Translations under genes and position numbers: made by a program
NCBI GenBank assembly: GCA_050115495.1
Contig: JASFQK010000001.1
Coordinates: 202,203-266,202, forward strand
Length of the DNA stretch: 64,000 nucleotides
Direction: 5' to 3'
From: Phycisphaerae bacterium
GTDB taxonomy: Bacteria > Planctomycetota > Phycisphaerae > UBA1845 > Fen-1342
Shown here: positions 1 to 8,055 of the stretch, piece after piece
How positions within the stretch are numbered: the first letter of the stretch is position 1
Layout of the letters: every line of letters begins with the position of its first letter
Notes under the pieces: generated by a model
Seen by the model: only the letters and a program-made list of their open reading frames with translations
What the model was told of the DNA's origin: nothing
The model's database searches: none

Positions 1-277
1 GTTCGCCGGGATCGGCTAACTGCGCGGCGACCGCGGCGGCGGCGGGGTCGTCCCCTTGGTACAGCAGTCTGACGACCGCCTGCACCGGGAGCGTTATGCC
101 GGTAGAGGGGTATTGGAGGTTGATCGTGTCGCTGACGCCGGCCTGGTCATTCACGTACTCGTGCACGGTGACGGAGACGGCGCCGGTGGTCGAGGTGACC
201 TCGGCCCGAGTCTGCATGACCGGCAGCAGCAAGAGCACGCCCACTACGAGGATCCAGCTTGTCTTTCGCGCCTGCAT
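1..277 (-). CDS. Exported hypothetical protein, N-terminal part (runs off the window edge)
   Basis: Manual translation from ATG at 277: MQARKTSWILVVGVLLLLPVMQTRAEVTSTTGAVSV..., signal-peptide-like and open to position 1. Confidence 0.65.
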   Translation of the reverse strand, partial: MQARKTSWILVVGVLLLLPVMQTRAEVTSTTGAVSVTVHEYVNDQAGVSDTINLQYPSTGITLPVQAVVRLLYQGDDPAAAAVAAQLADPGE

Positions 278-355
278 GATTGGCACTCCGTGGAGCCCGG
301 CGTAGAGAGGTCCGCGGCGGCCCGTCCGCCCGAGCGTAGGCTGTAGCATAGCGCC

Positions 356-436
356 AAAGGGGCGAAGGGGCAAAGGGGGGGAAGGGGCAGAGGGGTGAAG
401 GAGCAAAGGAGCAGAGGAGCAAAGGAGCAAAGGGGC
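356..436 (+). repeat. Purine-rich 8-bp tandem repeat, about 10 units (AAAGGAGC/GAAGGGGC-like)
   Basis: Directly visible intergenic array aaaggggc gaaggggc ... aaaggagc agaggagc aaaggagc. Confidence 0.8.
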
Positions 437-465
437 AGATTGCGGCGCGCGGGGCCACGCTCCGG

Positions 466-1212
466 TCAGGCAGGTACCGGCGGCGCGGCGCGGCGGGCGC
501 GGGACCAGAGCCAGCGGCCGCCGACGGCGAGGATGACCAGGCCGACCTGGATCGCCAGGATCTGGACGGCGCTGAGATGCATGAACACCGAGAACGTGGC
601 GAACAGCACGTAGCGCGGGCCGCGGCCGACCGCGTAGGCCAGAGCGAAGCGCACGCGCGAGTACTGCCGGAGCGCGGCCAGCCAGCGGACGGCGTCGATC
701 GGAATGGGGATGAAGCCAATCAGGGCCAGTGTGCGGAACGGGGCGGCGTCGAACCAGCGGATGGCCCAGGCATAGACGCGCGTGGCTCGCACCCGCCGAC
801 CGAGGCCGTAACGCAGCAGCACGTTCAGCACATGGTATTCGCTCAGGTTGGCGACGACCGTGCCGGCGGTGCCCACCGTGGCCACGACCAGCACGGCTAG
901 CACCGGCGATTGGAACAGGCCGGCTTCGGGTGAGGCCAGGTATAGGACGATCCACGCTGTCGGCAGCGGCAGGAAGACGTTGCAGAGCGACAGGTAGAAG
1001 CAGGCCAGCGCCAGGACCCAGGCGACCAGCGCCGCCGGCTGGTTGGCTTCGCCCCGGGCAAACATGGTCAGGGCCAGCCCGGCCAGACCGCCCATCCACA
1101 AGACGAAGAAGACGAACCAAGCCCGCAGGCCCGGGAGCGGGTGTTCCGGGTCGGGCGCGGCGGCCGTCAACAGGGCCACCGTCGGCGTTTCAGTCGACGA
1201 AGCGGCCATCAC
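466..1212 (-). CDS. DedA/VTT-like membrane protein
   Basis: Multiple TM segments; FIPIPIDAVRWLA...FALAYAVGRGPRY resembles the VTT/DedA core. Confidence 0.7.
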   Translation of the reverse strand: MMAASSTETPTVALLTAAAPDPEHPLPGLRAWFVFFVLWMGGLAGLALTMFARGEANQPAALVAWVLALACFYLSLCNVFLPLPTAWIVLYLASPEAGLFQSPVLAVLVVATVGTAGTVVANLSEYHVLNVLLRYGLGRRVRATRVYAWAIRWFDAAPFRTLALIGFIPIPIDAVRWLAALRQYSRVRFALAYAVGRGPRYVLFATFSVFMHLSAVQILAIQVGLVILAVGGRWLWSRARRAAPPVPA

Positions 1213-1864
1213 GCATTTGCAGGATGCGGTCGGCGGCGACCGCGAGGTGCTCGTTGTGGGTGATCATCACGATGGTCTGCTGCCACTCGCGGTGGAAGTC
1301 GCTGAGCAGGTCGAGGACGGCGCTGGCGTTGGCGGTGTCGAGGTTGCCGGTGGGCTCGTCCGCCAGGAGCAACGCCGGCCGGCCGACCAGGGCCCGGGCG
1401 ATGGCGAAACGCTGCTGCTGGCCGACGGAGAGTTGGCCGGGCTTCTTGCCGGCCTGCTCTTCGAGGCCGACGCGGCGGATGAGGGCGTCGGCTTGACCGT
1501 CGGGAGCGGTCCTGCGGATCTTCAGCGGCAGGGCCACATTCGCCCGGGCGCTGATCGTCGGCAGCAGGTTGAAGCGCTGAAACACGAAGCCGAGGGCATC
1601 GCGGCGGAGCCGGGCCCGGGCGACGTCCGCCAGTCCGAGCGTCTCCTGCCCTGCCACGCGCACGGAAGCGGCCCGCGTCGGCGGCATCATCAGGCCGAGG
1701 ATGTTGAGCAGCGTGGTCTTGCCACAGCCTGATGGTCCCATAACCACAACAAACTCACCCCGGCGGACCTGGAGGTCGATGCCGTGCAGCACCGGCTCGT
1801 CCACCGCCCCGAGGCGGTACGTGTGGTGCACGTCGCGGATGTCAATCATCAGCTCGTCGGTCAT
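1190..1864 (-). CDS. ABC transporter ATP-binding protein (LolD/MacB type)
   Basis: GPSGCGKT, LSVGQQQR, LLLADEPTGNLD; start MTDELMIDI overlaps the permease stop (ATGA). Confidence 0.92.
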   Translation of the reverse strand: MTDELMIDIRDVHHTYRLGAVDEPVLHGIDLQVRRGEFVVVMGPSGCGKTTLLNILGLMMPPTRAASVRVAGQETLGLADVARARLRRDALGFVFQRFNLLPTISARANVALPLKIRRTAPDGQADALIRRVGLEEQAGKKPGQLSVGQQQRFAIARALVGRPALLLADEPTGNLDTANASAVLDLLSDFHREWQQTIVMITHNEHLAVAADRILQMRDGRFVD

Positions 1865-3099
1865 TCGTAGCTCAGGGCGACCGCCGGCTCGAGCCGGGCG
1901 GCGCGGTATCCGGGGTAGGCAGCACTGAGCGCCCCGCCGACAACACCCAGGGCCACGGCCACCAGCAGTAGACCGGCGCTGAGGTCGACGGTCAGGAGCG
2001 GGCGGGCCACGCCGATGCCCCACTTGGCGGCGAAGGCCAGGCCGATGCCGATGGCCACCCCCCCGCCGGAGACGATGAGGGCCTCGTGCAGCGATAGGCG
2101 GAGCAGGTCCCAGCGGGTCATGCCGAGGGATTTGAGGATGCCGATCTCGCGGGTGCGCTCGACCACCATGGTGTACATGGTGAGCAGGATGAAGAGGAAG
2201 CAGACGACGAGGGCCAGGCCGCTGGTCGCCGTCATGTAAGTGTTTATCTGGGCGAAGCTTTCGTGCAGGAGCCGGCCGTATTCGGTCTTGAGCTCGACGC
2301 GGGCTTCGCTGCCGAGAGTGGCCTGGAAGGCGTCGGCGGCGCGGGCCGGATCGAGGCCCGGGCGAAGCTGGATGAAGAACATGCTCGACCACGGGTCGCC
2401 GCCGTTGAGCATCTCGCGCAGGGTCTGCAGGGGGGCGAAGACGCGGCCGGCGACGCCGGCTTCGACGACCCCGACGATCCGGAAGGCCCGGCCCATCAGG
2501 CGGATCTCGTCGCCGAGGGCGTATGGCCGGTGCTCGCCAGTGGCGGGGTCGGCAAAGCCGGCGCTGCGCAGGCGGTCGTCGATGATGAGCTCGAGGCCGT
2601 CGGCGAGGTCCTCGTCGGGCAGCGGCTCGGCGCGAACGATCTCGTCCGTGGGCTGGTTGCGGGCGGCGACCTTGGCCGCCAGGAGCGGGGCGCGGTCGAA
2701 AGCCTTGCCGGCCAGCACCCGGCGCGGGCCGAGGAACAGCTTCATCTGGGCGGGGTCGACGCCGAAGACGCGCTGCTGCTGCCCGGCCATCTTCACCTGT
2801 CCGAAGAAGACGGGGATGACGTTGGCGGCGAGGGGGCCCTGCTCGTCGGCGAGGCGGGCGATGTGCCGCTCGAAGACGCCGGGGAACGGGGCGCCGTTGG
2901 TGAAGATGATGTTGTCCTGGGCGGGGAGGACGACGAGCTCGGCGTTGACGCTCTGGAGCCGGTCATTGACCTCGGCGATGGAGCCGTTGGCTAGGCCCTT
3001 CGATACGAGCATGAGCGTGATACCCAGGCCGACGGCGAGGGCGCTGAGCGCCGTGCGCAGCTTGTGGTGCATCAGGTTGGCCCAGGCCAGAGCGAGCAT
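1861..3099 (-). CDS. ABC transporter permease (FtsX/MacB family)
   Basis: N-terminal TM, periplasmic domain, ERTREIGILKSLG motif, C-terminal AARLEPAVALSYE. Confidence 0.9.
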   Translation of the reverse strand: MLALAWANLMHHKLRTALSALAVGLGITLMLVSKGLANGSIAEVNDRLQSVNAELVVLPAQDNIIFTNGAPFPGVFERHIARLADEQGPLAANVIPVFFGQVKMAGQQQRVFGVDPAQMKLFLGPRRVLAGKAFDRAPLLAAKVAARNQPTDEIVRAEPLPDEDLADGLELIIDDRLRSAGFADPATGEHRPYALGDEIRLMGRAFRIVGVVEAGVAGRVFAPLQTLREMLNGGDPWSSMFFIQLRPGLDPARAADAFQATLGSEARVELKTEYGRLLHESFAQINTYMTATSGLALVVCFLFILLTMYTMVVERTREIGILKSLGMTRWDLLRLSLHEALIVSGGGVAIGIGLAFAAKWGIGVARPLLTVDLSAGLLLVAVALGVVGGALSAAYPGYRAARLEPAVALSYE

Positions 3100-3168
3100 G
3101 GCAATCCGTTACCGTTTCAGCCCCGAGGGCCACGGTACGGGTGCGGCAGTGGCGCGTCAACGCGCGGC

Positions 3169-3891
3169 TCAGGCGCGGAGGGCTTCGTCGGGAGGCGTCT
3201 GGTCGTGGAGTTGGCCGAGGGCCACGAGGGCGTGCCAGGCGGCTTTCTGTTCCGCTTCCTTCTTGTTGGGGCCCCAGGCGCTGGGGAAGTGGCGGTGGCC
3301 GATGGACACGGCGATCTCGAAGCACTTGGCGTGGTCGGGCCCCTGCTCGTCGAGCAGCGTGTAGGACGGCGTCTGGCCGAGCTCGCGCTGCGCGAACTGC
3401 TGGAGCTGGGACTTGAAGTTGAACTGGTGCTCGGACTCGGTGGCCCGCTCGATCTCGCCGGCCATGTGCTGGGTGATGAACGCGTGCGCCGCGTCGAAAC
3501 CGCCGTCGAGGTAAACGGCGGCGATGAGGGCTTCGAGGGCGGCGGCGGCCAGTGAGCGGGGCAGGTACTCGCCGACGTCCATCCCCTGCCCGCAGCGCAG
3601 GACCTCGGTCAGGCGCAGCTTGTCGGCCACGCGAGCGCAGGCCCGCCGGGAGACGACCGCCGATTTGATCTTGGTCATCTCGCCTTCCATGGCCTCGGGT
3701 AGGTTGTCATAAAGGGTGTGGCAGACCACGAGGCCGAGGACGGCGTCGCCGAGAAATTCGAGGCGTTCGTTGCTGGTCTGTCTGGTGGCGGCGTGGGAGG
3801 AGTGGGTCATGGCGGCCCGGAGCAGTCCCACGTCCTGAAACTGGTAACCGATGCGCTCCTGGCAGGCTTGGAGAGCTTCCTCGCTAGGCAT
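3169..3891 (-). CDS. rnc: Ribonuclease III
   Basis: NERLEFLGDAVL signature plus C-terminal dsRBD (FKSQLQQ...GPDHAKCF...KKEAEQKAA). Confidence 0.97.
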   Translation of the reverse strand: MPSEEALQACQERIGYQFQDVGLLRAAMTHSSHAATRQTSNERLEFLGDAVLGLVVCHTLYDNLPEAMEGEMTKIKSAVVSRRACARVADKLRLTEVLRCGQGMDVGEYLPRSLAAAALEALIAAVYLDGGFDAAHAFITQHMAGEIERATESEHQFNFKSQLQQFAQRELGQTPSYTLLDEQGPDHAKCFEIAVSIGHRHFPSAWGPNKKEAEQKAAWHALVALGQLHDQTPPDEALRA

Positions 3892-4104
3892 GTCTCAGTC
3901 CCTTTGCCGGGACCGATGACGCAAGGCGTCACGAGGGGTTCGGGGCGCGTTGCGTCAGCGGTCACTCGGGCAGAAACCTTATGTCCGCACATCGGCACCA
4001 TCGGCCGGAGCGGGCACAAAGCCTTAATCTACCACATTTTGCAGCGGGGCGTTGGGGAACTCTGCGGGAAATCCGGAGGGCAGCCACGCGGGCGTGACGG
4101 GGGC

Positions 4105-4133
4105 TTGTCAGGGCTGGGCGGGTGTGCTATGCT
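4105..4133 (+). promoter_or_regulatory. Probable sigma-70 promoter of the small basic protein gene
   Basis: TTGTCA-N17-TATGCT with TG extended -10, 28 nt upstream of the ATG. Confidence 0.55.
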
Positions 4134-4161
4134 TGCGGGACTTGTCACGGGAGAGCGGATT

Positions 4162-4389
4162 ATGTCGATCGATCGTTCGCTGCACAGCCGAAGCTCGCTG
4201 GTGCGTCACCGCAATGTGTTGACGCGGGCGGAGCGGGTGGAGCGGCTGAAAACGCAGGAGCGTTTCGCCGAGGACCAGCCGGTACTGGGCTTGCCAAAAG
4301 TAGCCAACTATAAGCCTCGTGCGGGCAAGAAGAAGGCTCCGCCGAAGGGCGAAGGCACCGAGGCTGCGGCCGCCACGCCGGCCAGCTAG
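4162..4389 (+). CDS. Small basic protein (PVC superphylum signature protein)
   Basis: MSIDRSL...RHRNVLTRAERVERLK...VLGLPKV matches the recalled Planctomycetes-Verrucomicrobia-Chlamydiae small basic protein pattern. Confidence 0.88.
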   Translation: MSIDRSLHSRSSLVRHRNVLTRAERVERLKTQERFAEDQPVLGLPKVANYKPRAGKKKAPPKGEGTEAAAATPAS

Positions 4390-4579
4390 GCGATTGCTCG
4401 GCCGGGGGGTGCATCACGGGAATGTGAGACGGTTTCGTGGTGGCCGTTTAGCGTCCGATAACTATAACATACAGGGTCGGGGGTCTGGCGGTTGGGTAAC
4501 TGCGACAGTGGGCGTCGCAGCCACCTGACCGGCTCTGTTTGTTTGTTGGTCGGTCCGCGGTGAGCAGCCGGCCCTGCGC

Positions 4580-4602
4580 CGGCGGGTGGAGCCCGCCCTA
4601 CC
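4580..4602 (-). repeat. GTAG-type REP-like palindrome (GTAGGGCGGGCTCCACCCGCC); related partial copy at about 17639-17655
   Basis: GTAG foot plus GGCGGG/CCCGCC stem; the intergenic copy after the 17630 stop shares CCCGCCCTAC. Confidence 0.5.
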
Positions 4603-4704
4603 TTGTCGCCGGCTGGCCGAGAAAAAATCGCCACAGCGAACCGGGGACGTCCCGGGTCGTATTGGATAAACGGTTCATGGTTTGCGCCAGCGGCTGACCC
4701 TCGT

Positions 4705-4732
4705 TTGACAACGGATTGTTAGTGCTTACAGT
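4705..4732 (+). promoter_or_regulatory. Possible sigma-70 promoter of the P-type ATPase
   Basis: TTGACA-N16-TACAGT. Confidence 0.4.
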
Positions 4733-4845
4733 CTCACGTCTTGCCGGCACCACCGCCCCGGTTCAGCGGGGATGGTGTACCCGCCCAGGCAAGTTCCGTT
4801 CGCGCGCAGACCTATACGTTTCGCTTTCGACATAAGTGGTGCGGC

Positions 4846-6819
4846 ATGGCACACGACCATCTGAAGTCCGAGACCGGCCGGGCGACGACGAAACTCGTCG
4901 CCACGCTGCTCGGCGGCGTGCTCGTTCTAATGTCCTTCGTCGCCGACTGGCTATTCCCCAGCGACGCGGCCCCTGGCCAGGGGGGGGCTGCAAACGTTTA
5001 CGCGGCCATGTTGGCGGCTGTCGGGGCCCTGCTGCTGGCGGCGCCGTTGTGGGTGCACGCGGCGAAGTGCCTGCTGAGCGGCCACCTGCACATGGATGAG
5101 CTGGTCGCGCTGGCGATCCTGGCCGCCATGGCCCAGGGCGAGTATCAGACGGCGGGTGTGGTGGCGTTCTTCCTGCTGCTCAGCAACCTGATCGAGACCC
5201 GGACTGCCCTGGGTGCCCGGGCGGCGATACAGAGTCTGATCCGGTTGACGCCGACCAAGGCGCGGCGGCTCCTGCCGGAGGGCGGCGAAGAGGTGGTCGA
5301 GGCCCACGCCTTGCGTCCGGACGATATCGTGCTGGTGCGTCCGGGCGATAATGTGCCGGCGGACGGGCGGATCATCTCGGGGTATTCGACGCTCAACGAG
5401 GCCAACATCACCGGCGAATCGTTGCCGGTGGAGAAGGGCGAGGGAGCGGAGGTCTTCGGCGGAACGAGCAACGTGACCGGCGCGCTGCAGGTGCGGGTGA
5501 CCAAGGTCGGCGCCGACACGACACTGGGACGCGTCCAGGAGCTGATTCTGGATGCGGAGCGGACGAAGATCCCGCTGATGCGCCTGATCGATCAGTATGC
5601 GGAATGGTATACGCCGGTGATGCTGATGCTGGCCGGCGTGGTGTGGTACTTCACGCGGAATCCGAGCACGACGATTTCGCTGCTGGTGCTCGCCTGTCCG
5701 TGTGCCCTGATCCTGGCGACGCCGACCGCAGTGGTGGCGTCGCTGTCGGCGGCGGCCCGACTGGGTGTCTACATCAAGGATGTGAGCAACCTGGAGTGGG
5801 CACGGCGCCTGACGGCAGTCGTGTTCGACAAAACGGGCACGCTGACCACCGGCGAGCTGGCGGTTACGCGCTTGATGCCGGCGCCGGACGTGCAGGCGGA
5901 AGCACTGCTGGGGGCGGCGGCGTCGCTCGAAAGGCTGAGCACGCACCCGGTGGCCCGGGCGATCTCGACGGTCGCCGACCGGGCCCGAGTGCCGTTGGAG
6001 GAGGCGGCGGGTTTCGAGGAAGTCTCCGGCAAGGGTGTGACCGGTTCGGTCGGTGGCGCGCCGGTGCTCGTGGGTCGGCGGACGTGGATCGCCGACCAGG
6101 GCGTGGACCTGTCACCGCTGGCCGACGAGAAGTACCAGGAGCCGGAGGGTCTGAGCACGCTGTACGTGGCCCGCGGCGGTCGCGTGCTGGGCTGGATCGG
6201 GCTGGAGGACCGGACGCGACCGGAGGCGAGCCAGGCGCTCGAAGAGCTGCGGGCACTGGGTCTGCGGCAGCTCATCATGGTGACCGGCGACCGCTGGTCA
6301 GTGGCCCGGCGGGTGGCCAAGGAGATGGGCTGCTCGGATGTGCAGGCCGAGGTGTTGCCGCAGGACAAGCTGGAACTGGTGGACGCCCTGAAGAAGAAGG
6401 GCCACACGGTGGCGGTGGTGGGTGACGGCGTGAACGATGCGCCGGCCCTGGCCGCCGGCAACCTGGGCGTGGCCATGGGGGCGGCGGGCAGCGACGTGGC
6501 GATGAACAGCGCCAGCGTGGCGCTGATGTCGAACGACCTGCGGCGGCTGCCGTTCCTGGTGAGCCTCTCGCGGGAGACGACGAAGGTCATCTGGCAGAAC
6601 CTGATTTTCGGCGTGTCCTTCATCATCGTGGGCGAGATTCTGACTGTGCAGGGGCAGATCGCGCCCATGTTGGCGGCTGTTCTGCACACGATTTCCTCGG
6701 CTGTCGTTGTGTTCAACAGCGCCCGCATGGTGCGCTTCGGCGAGCACATCGAGTCGCACGTGCCCACGCGGCGGGATGTGGAGCAGCCGGTGGGTCGGGT
6801 GGCCCTGCAATCGGTGTGA
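4846..6819 (+). CDS. P1B-type (heavy-metal) cation-translocating ATPase without an N-terminal metal-binding domain
   Basis: TGES, CPC, DKTGTLT, THP and GDGVNDAPALA motifs. Confidence 0.93.
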   Translation: MAHDHLKSETGRATTKLVATLLGGVLVLMSFVADWLFPSDAAPGQGGAANVYAAMLAAVGALLLAAPLWVHAAKCLLSGHLHMDELVALAILAAMAQGEYQTAGVVAFFLLLSNLIETRTALGARAAIQSLIRLTPTKARRLLPEGGEEVVEAHALRPDDIVLVRPGDNVPADGRIISGYSTLNEANITGESLPVEKGEGAEVFGGTSNVTGALQVRVTKVGADTTLGRVQELILDAERTKIPLMRLIDQYAEWYTPVMLMLAGVVWYFTRNPSTTISLLVLACPCALILATPTAVVASLSAAARLGVYIKDVSNLEWARRLTAVVFDKTGTLTTGELAVTRLMPAPDVQAEALLGAAASLERLSTHPVARAISTVADRARVPLEEAAGFEEVSGKGVTGSVGGAPVLVGRRTWIADQGVDLSPLADEKYQEPEGLSTLYVARGGRVLGWIGLEDRTRPEASQALEELRALGLRQLIMVTGDRWSVARRVAKEMGCSDVQAEVLPQDKLELVDALKKKGHTVAVVGDGVNDAPALAAGNLGVAMGAAGSDVAMNSASVALMSNDLRRLPFLVSLSRETTKVIWQNLIFGVSFIIVGEILTVQGQIAPMLAAVLHTISSAVVVFNSARMVRFGEHIESHVPTRRDVEQPVGRVALQSV

Positions 6820-6899
6820 TGGTCAATCGGGACGGGACAAGCCGTTTGGGAAGGAAGCGCGGCGGCTCGCCCGGCGACGGCGTGTCGTTGCGCGGCTGC

Positions 6900-7886
6900 C
6901 TAGCTGACTTCGCGTGTCTGGAACATCGTTACGCCGATGGCGAGCACCGCCAGGGCGTAGAGGGCGGCGTAGCCGGCGACGAATGCCACCTGCATGCCGG
7001 GGATCAGCAGCTCCTGGGTCAGCGGGTCGCCGAGCCAGAAGAATTGGAAGTTGGGGATGGCGGCGTAAAGGATCTGGTACAGGGGGCCCTCGGTAACGAA
7101 GCGGCCGAAGAGGTAGTCCGAGTGCAGCCCGAGGATGAACACGCCGGCGCAGGCCGTCAGCGTCAGCACCTGCCCCAGGCGGGTGGCCAAGGCCACGGCG
7201 AAGGCGCACAGGATGAGCACGCCGCAGAACGTGGCCGCCACGGCGTAGAGAAGCTGGCAGTTGCTGAAGGTGGCGTCCTTGGCGAGCGGGTTCTGCATGG
7301 CCCATTCGGGGCTGATGAACAGGACGACCAGCATGGCGATCGAGGCCAACGGCACTACGAAGGCGGTCAGCGTGCTCGAAAAATGCCAGCCATAGATGTA
7401 ATTGGTGAACGTCGCCGCGATCAGGCTGATGAGCACGGCCCCGAGGCCGAAGATGAGCACCGGCTGGTCGTACTTGTCGGCGGCGGTTTCCATCGTGCCG
7501 TGGCGGACCGTGAGGAACAGGGCCAGGCACAGGAAGTAGTAGCCCACCGCGACCGCCCCGGTCACGCCCAGGTACTTGCCCAGGAGGAAGACCGGGCGGC
7601 TGACCGGCTTGGAGATGACGGTCAGGACGGTGTGGCTTTCGATCTCGCGGGTGATGACGCTGGTGGCGCTGAAGACGCTGGCCAGCAGGCCGTAAAGCAT
7701 GAGCGTCGACAGGCTTACGTCGATCATGATCTTCTTGTCGCTGCCGGCGACGAGGGTGAAGGCCGCGAACGCCGGGCTGATGAAGGCCACCCAGAAGACG
7801 GCGACCCAGAGCAGGACGCCGTAGACGGGCTGGCGGACGGTCTCGGTGAAGGTGTTGGCGGCGATGGCCGTGAGCTTGTTGGGCAT
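6900..7886 (-). CDS. ABC-2 type permease
   Basis: IAANTFTETVRQP start, REIESHTVLTVISKPVSRPVFLLGKYLG, multiple TMs, FQTREVS end. Confidence 0.85.
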   Translation of the reverse strand: MPNKLTAIAANTFTETVRQPVYGVLLWVAVFWVAFISPAFAAFTLVAGSDKKIMIDVSLSTLMLYGLLASVFSATSVITREIESHTVLTVISKPVSRPVFLLGKYLGVTGAVAVGYYFLCLALFLTVRHGTMETAADKYDQPVLIFGLGAVLISLIAATFTNYIYGWHFSSTLTAFVVPLASIAMLVVLFISPEWAMQNPLAKDATFSNCQLLYAVAATFCGVLILCAFAVALATRLGQVLTLTACAGVFILGLHSDYLFGRFVTEGPLYQILYAAIPNFQFFWLGDPLTQELLIPGMQVAFVAGYAALYALAVLAIGVTMFQTREVS

Positions 7887-8055
7887 CGGGGTTTACCAGT
7901 ATCGGGTTATGGTTGCCACCGCTGGTGGGCGTCGCCAGCCAGGCCGGCCGCCGGTCATTATGCCGGGCGACGGGCAGGTGGACAACAGGGCATACGACGG
8001 CGGACGGGAGCGGTTCGCCGGCGGCGGGGGCTTCGGGTGATGCGAGAGGTGAGTC

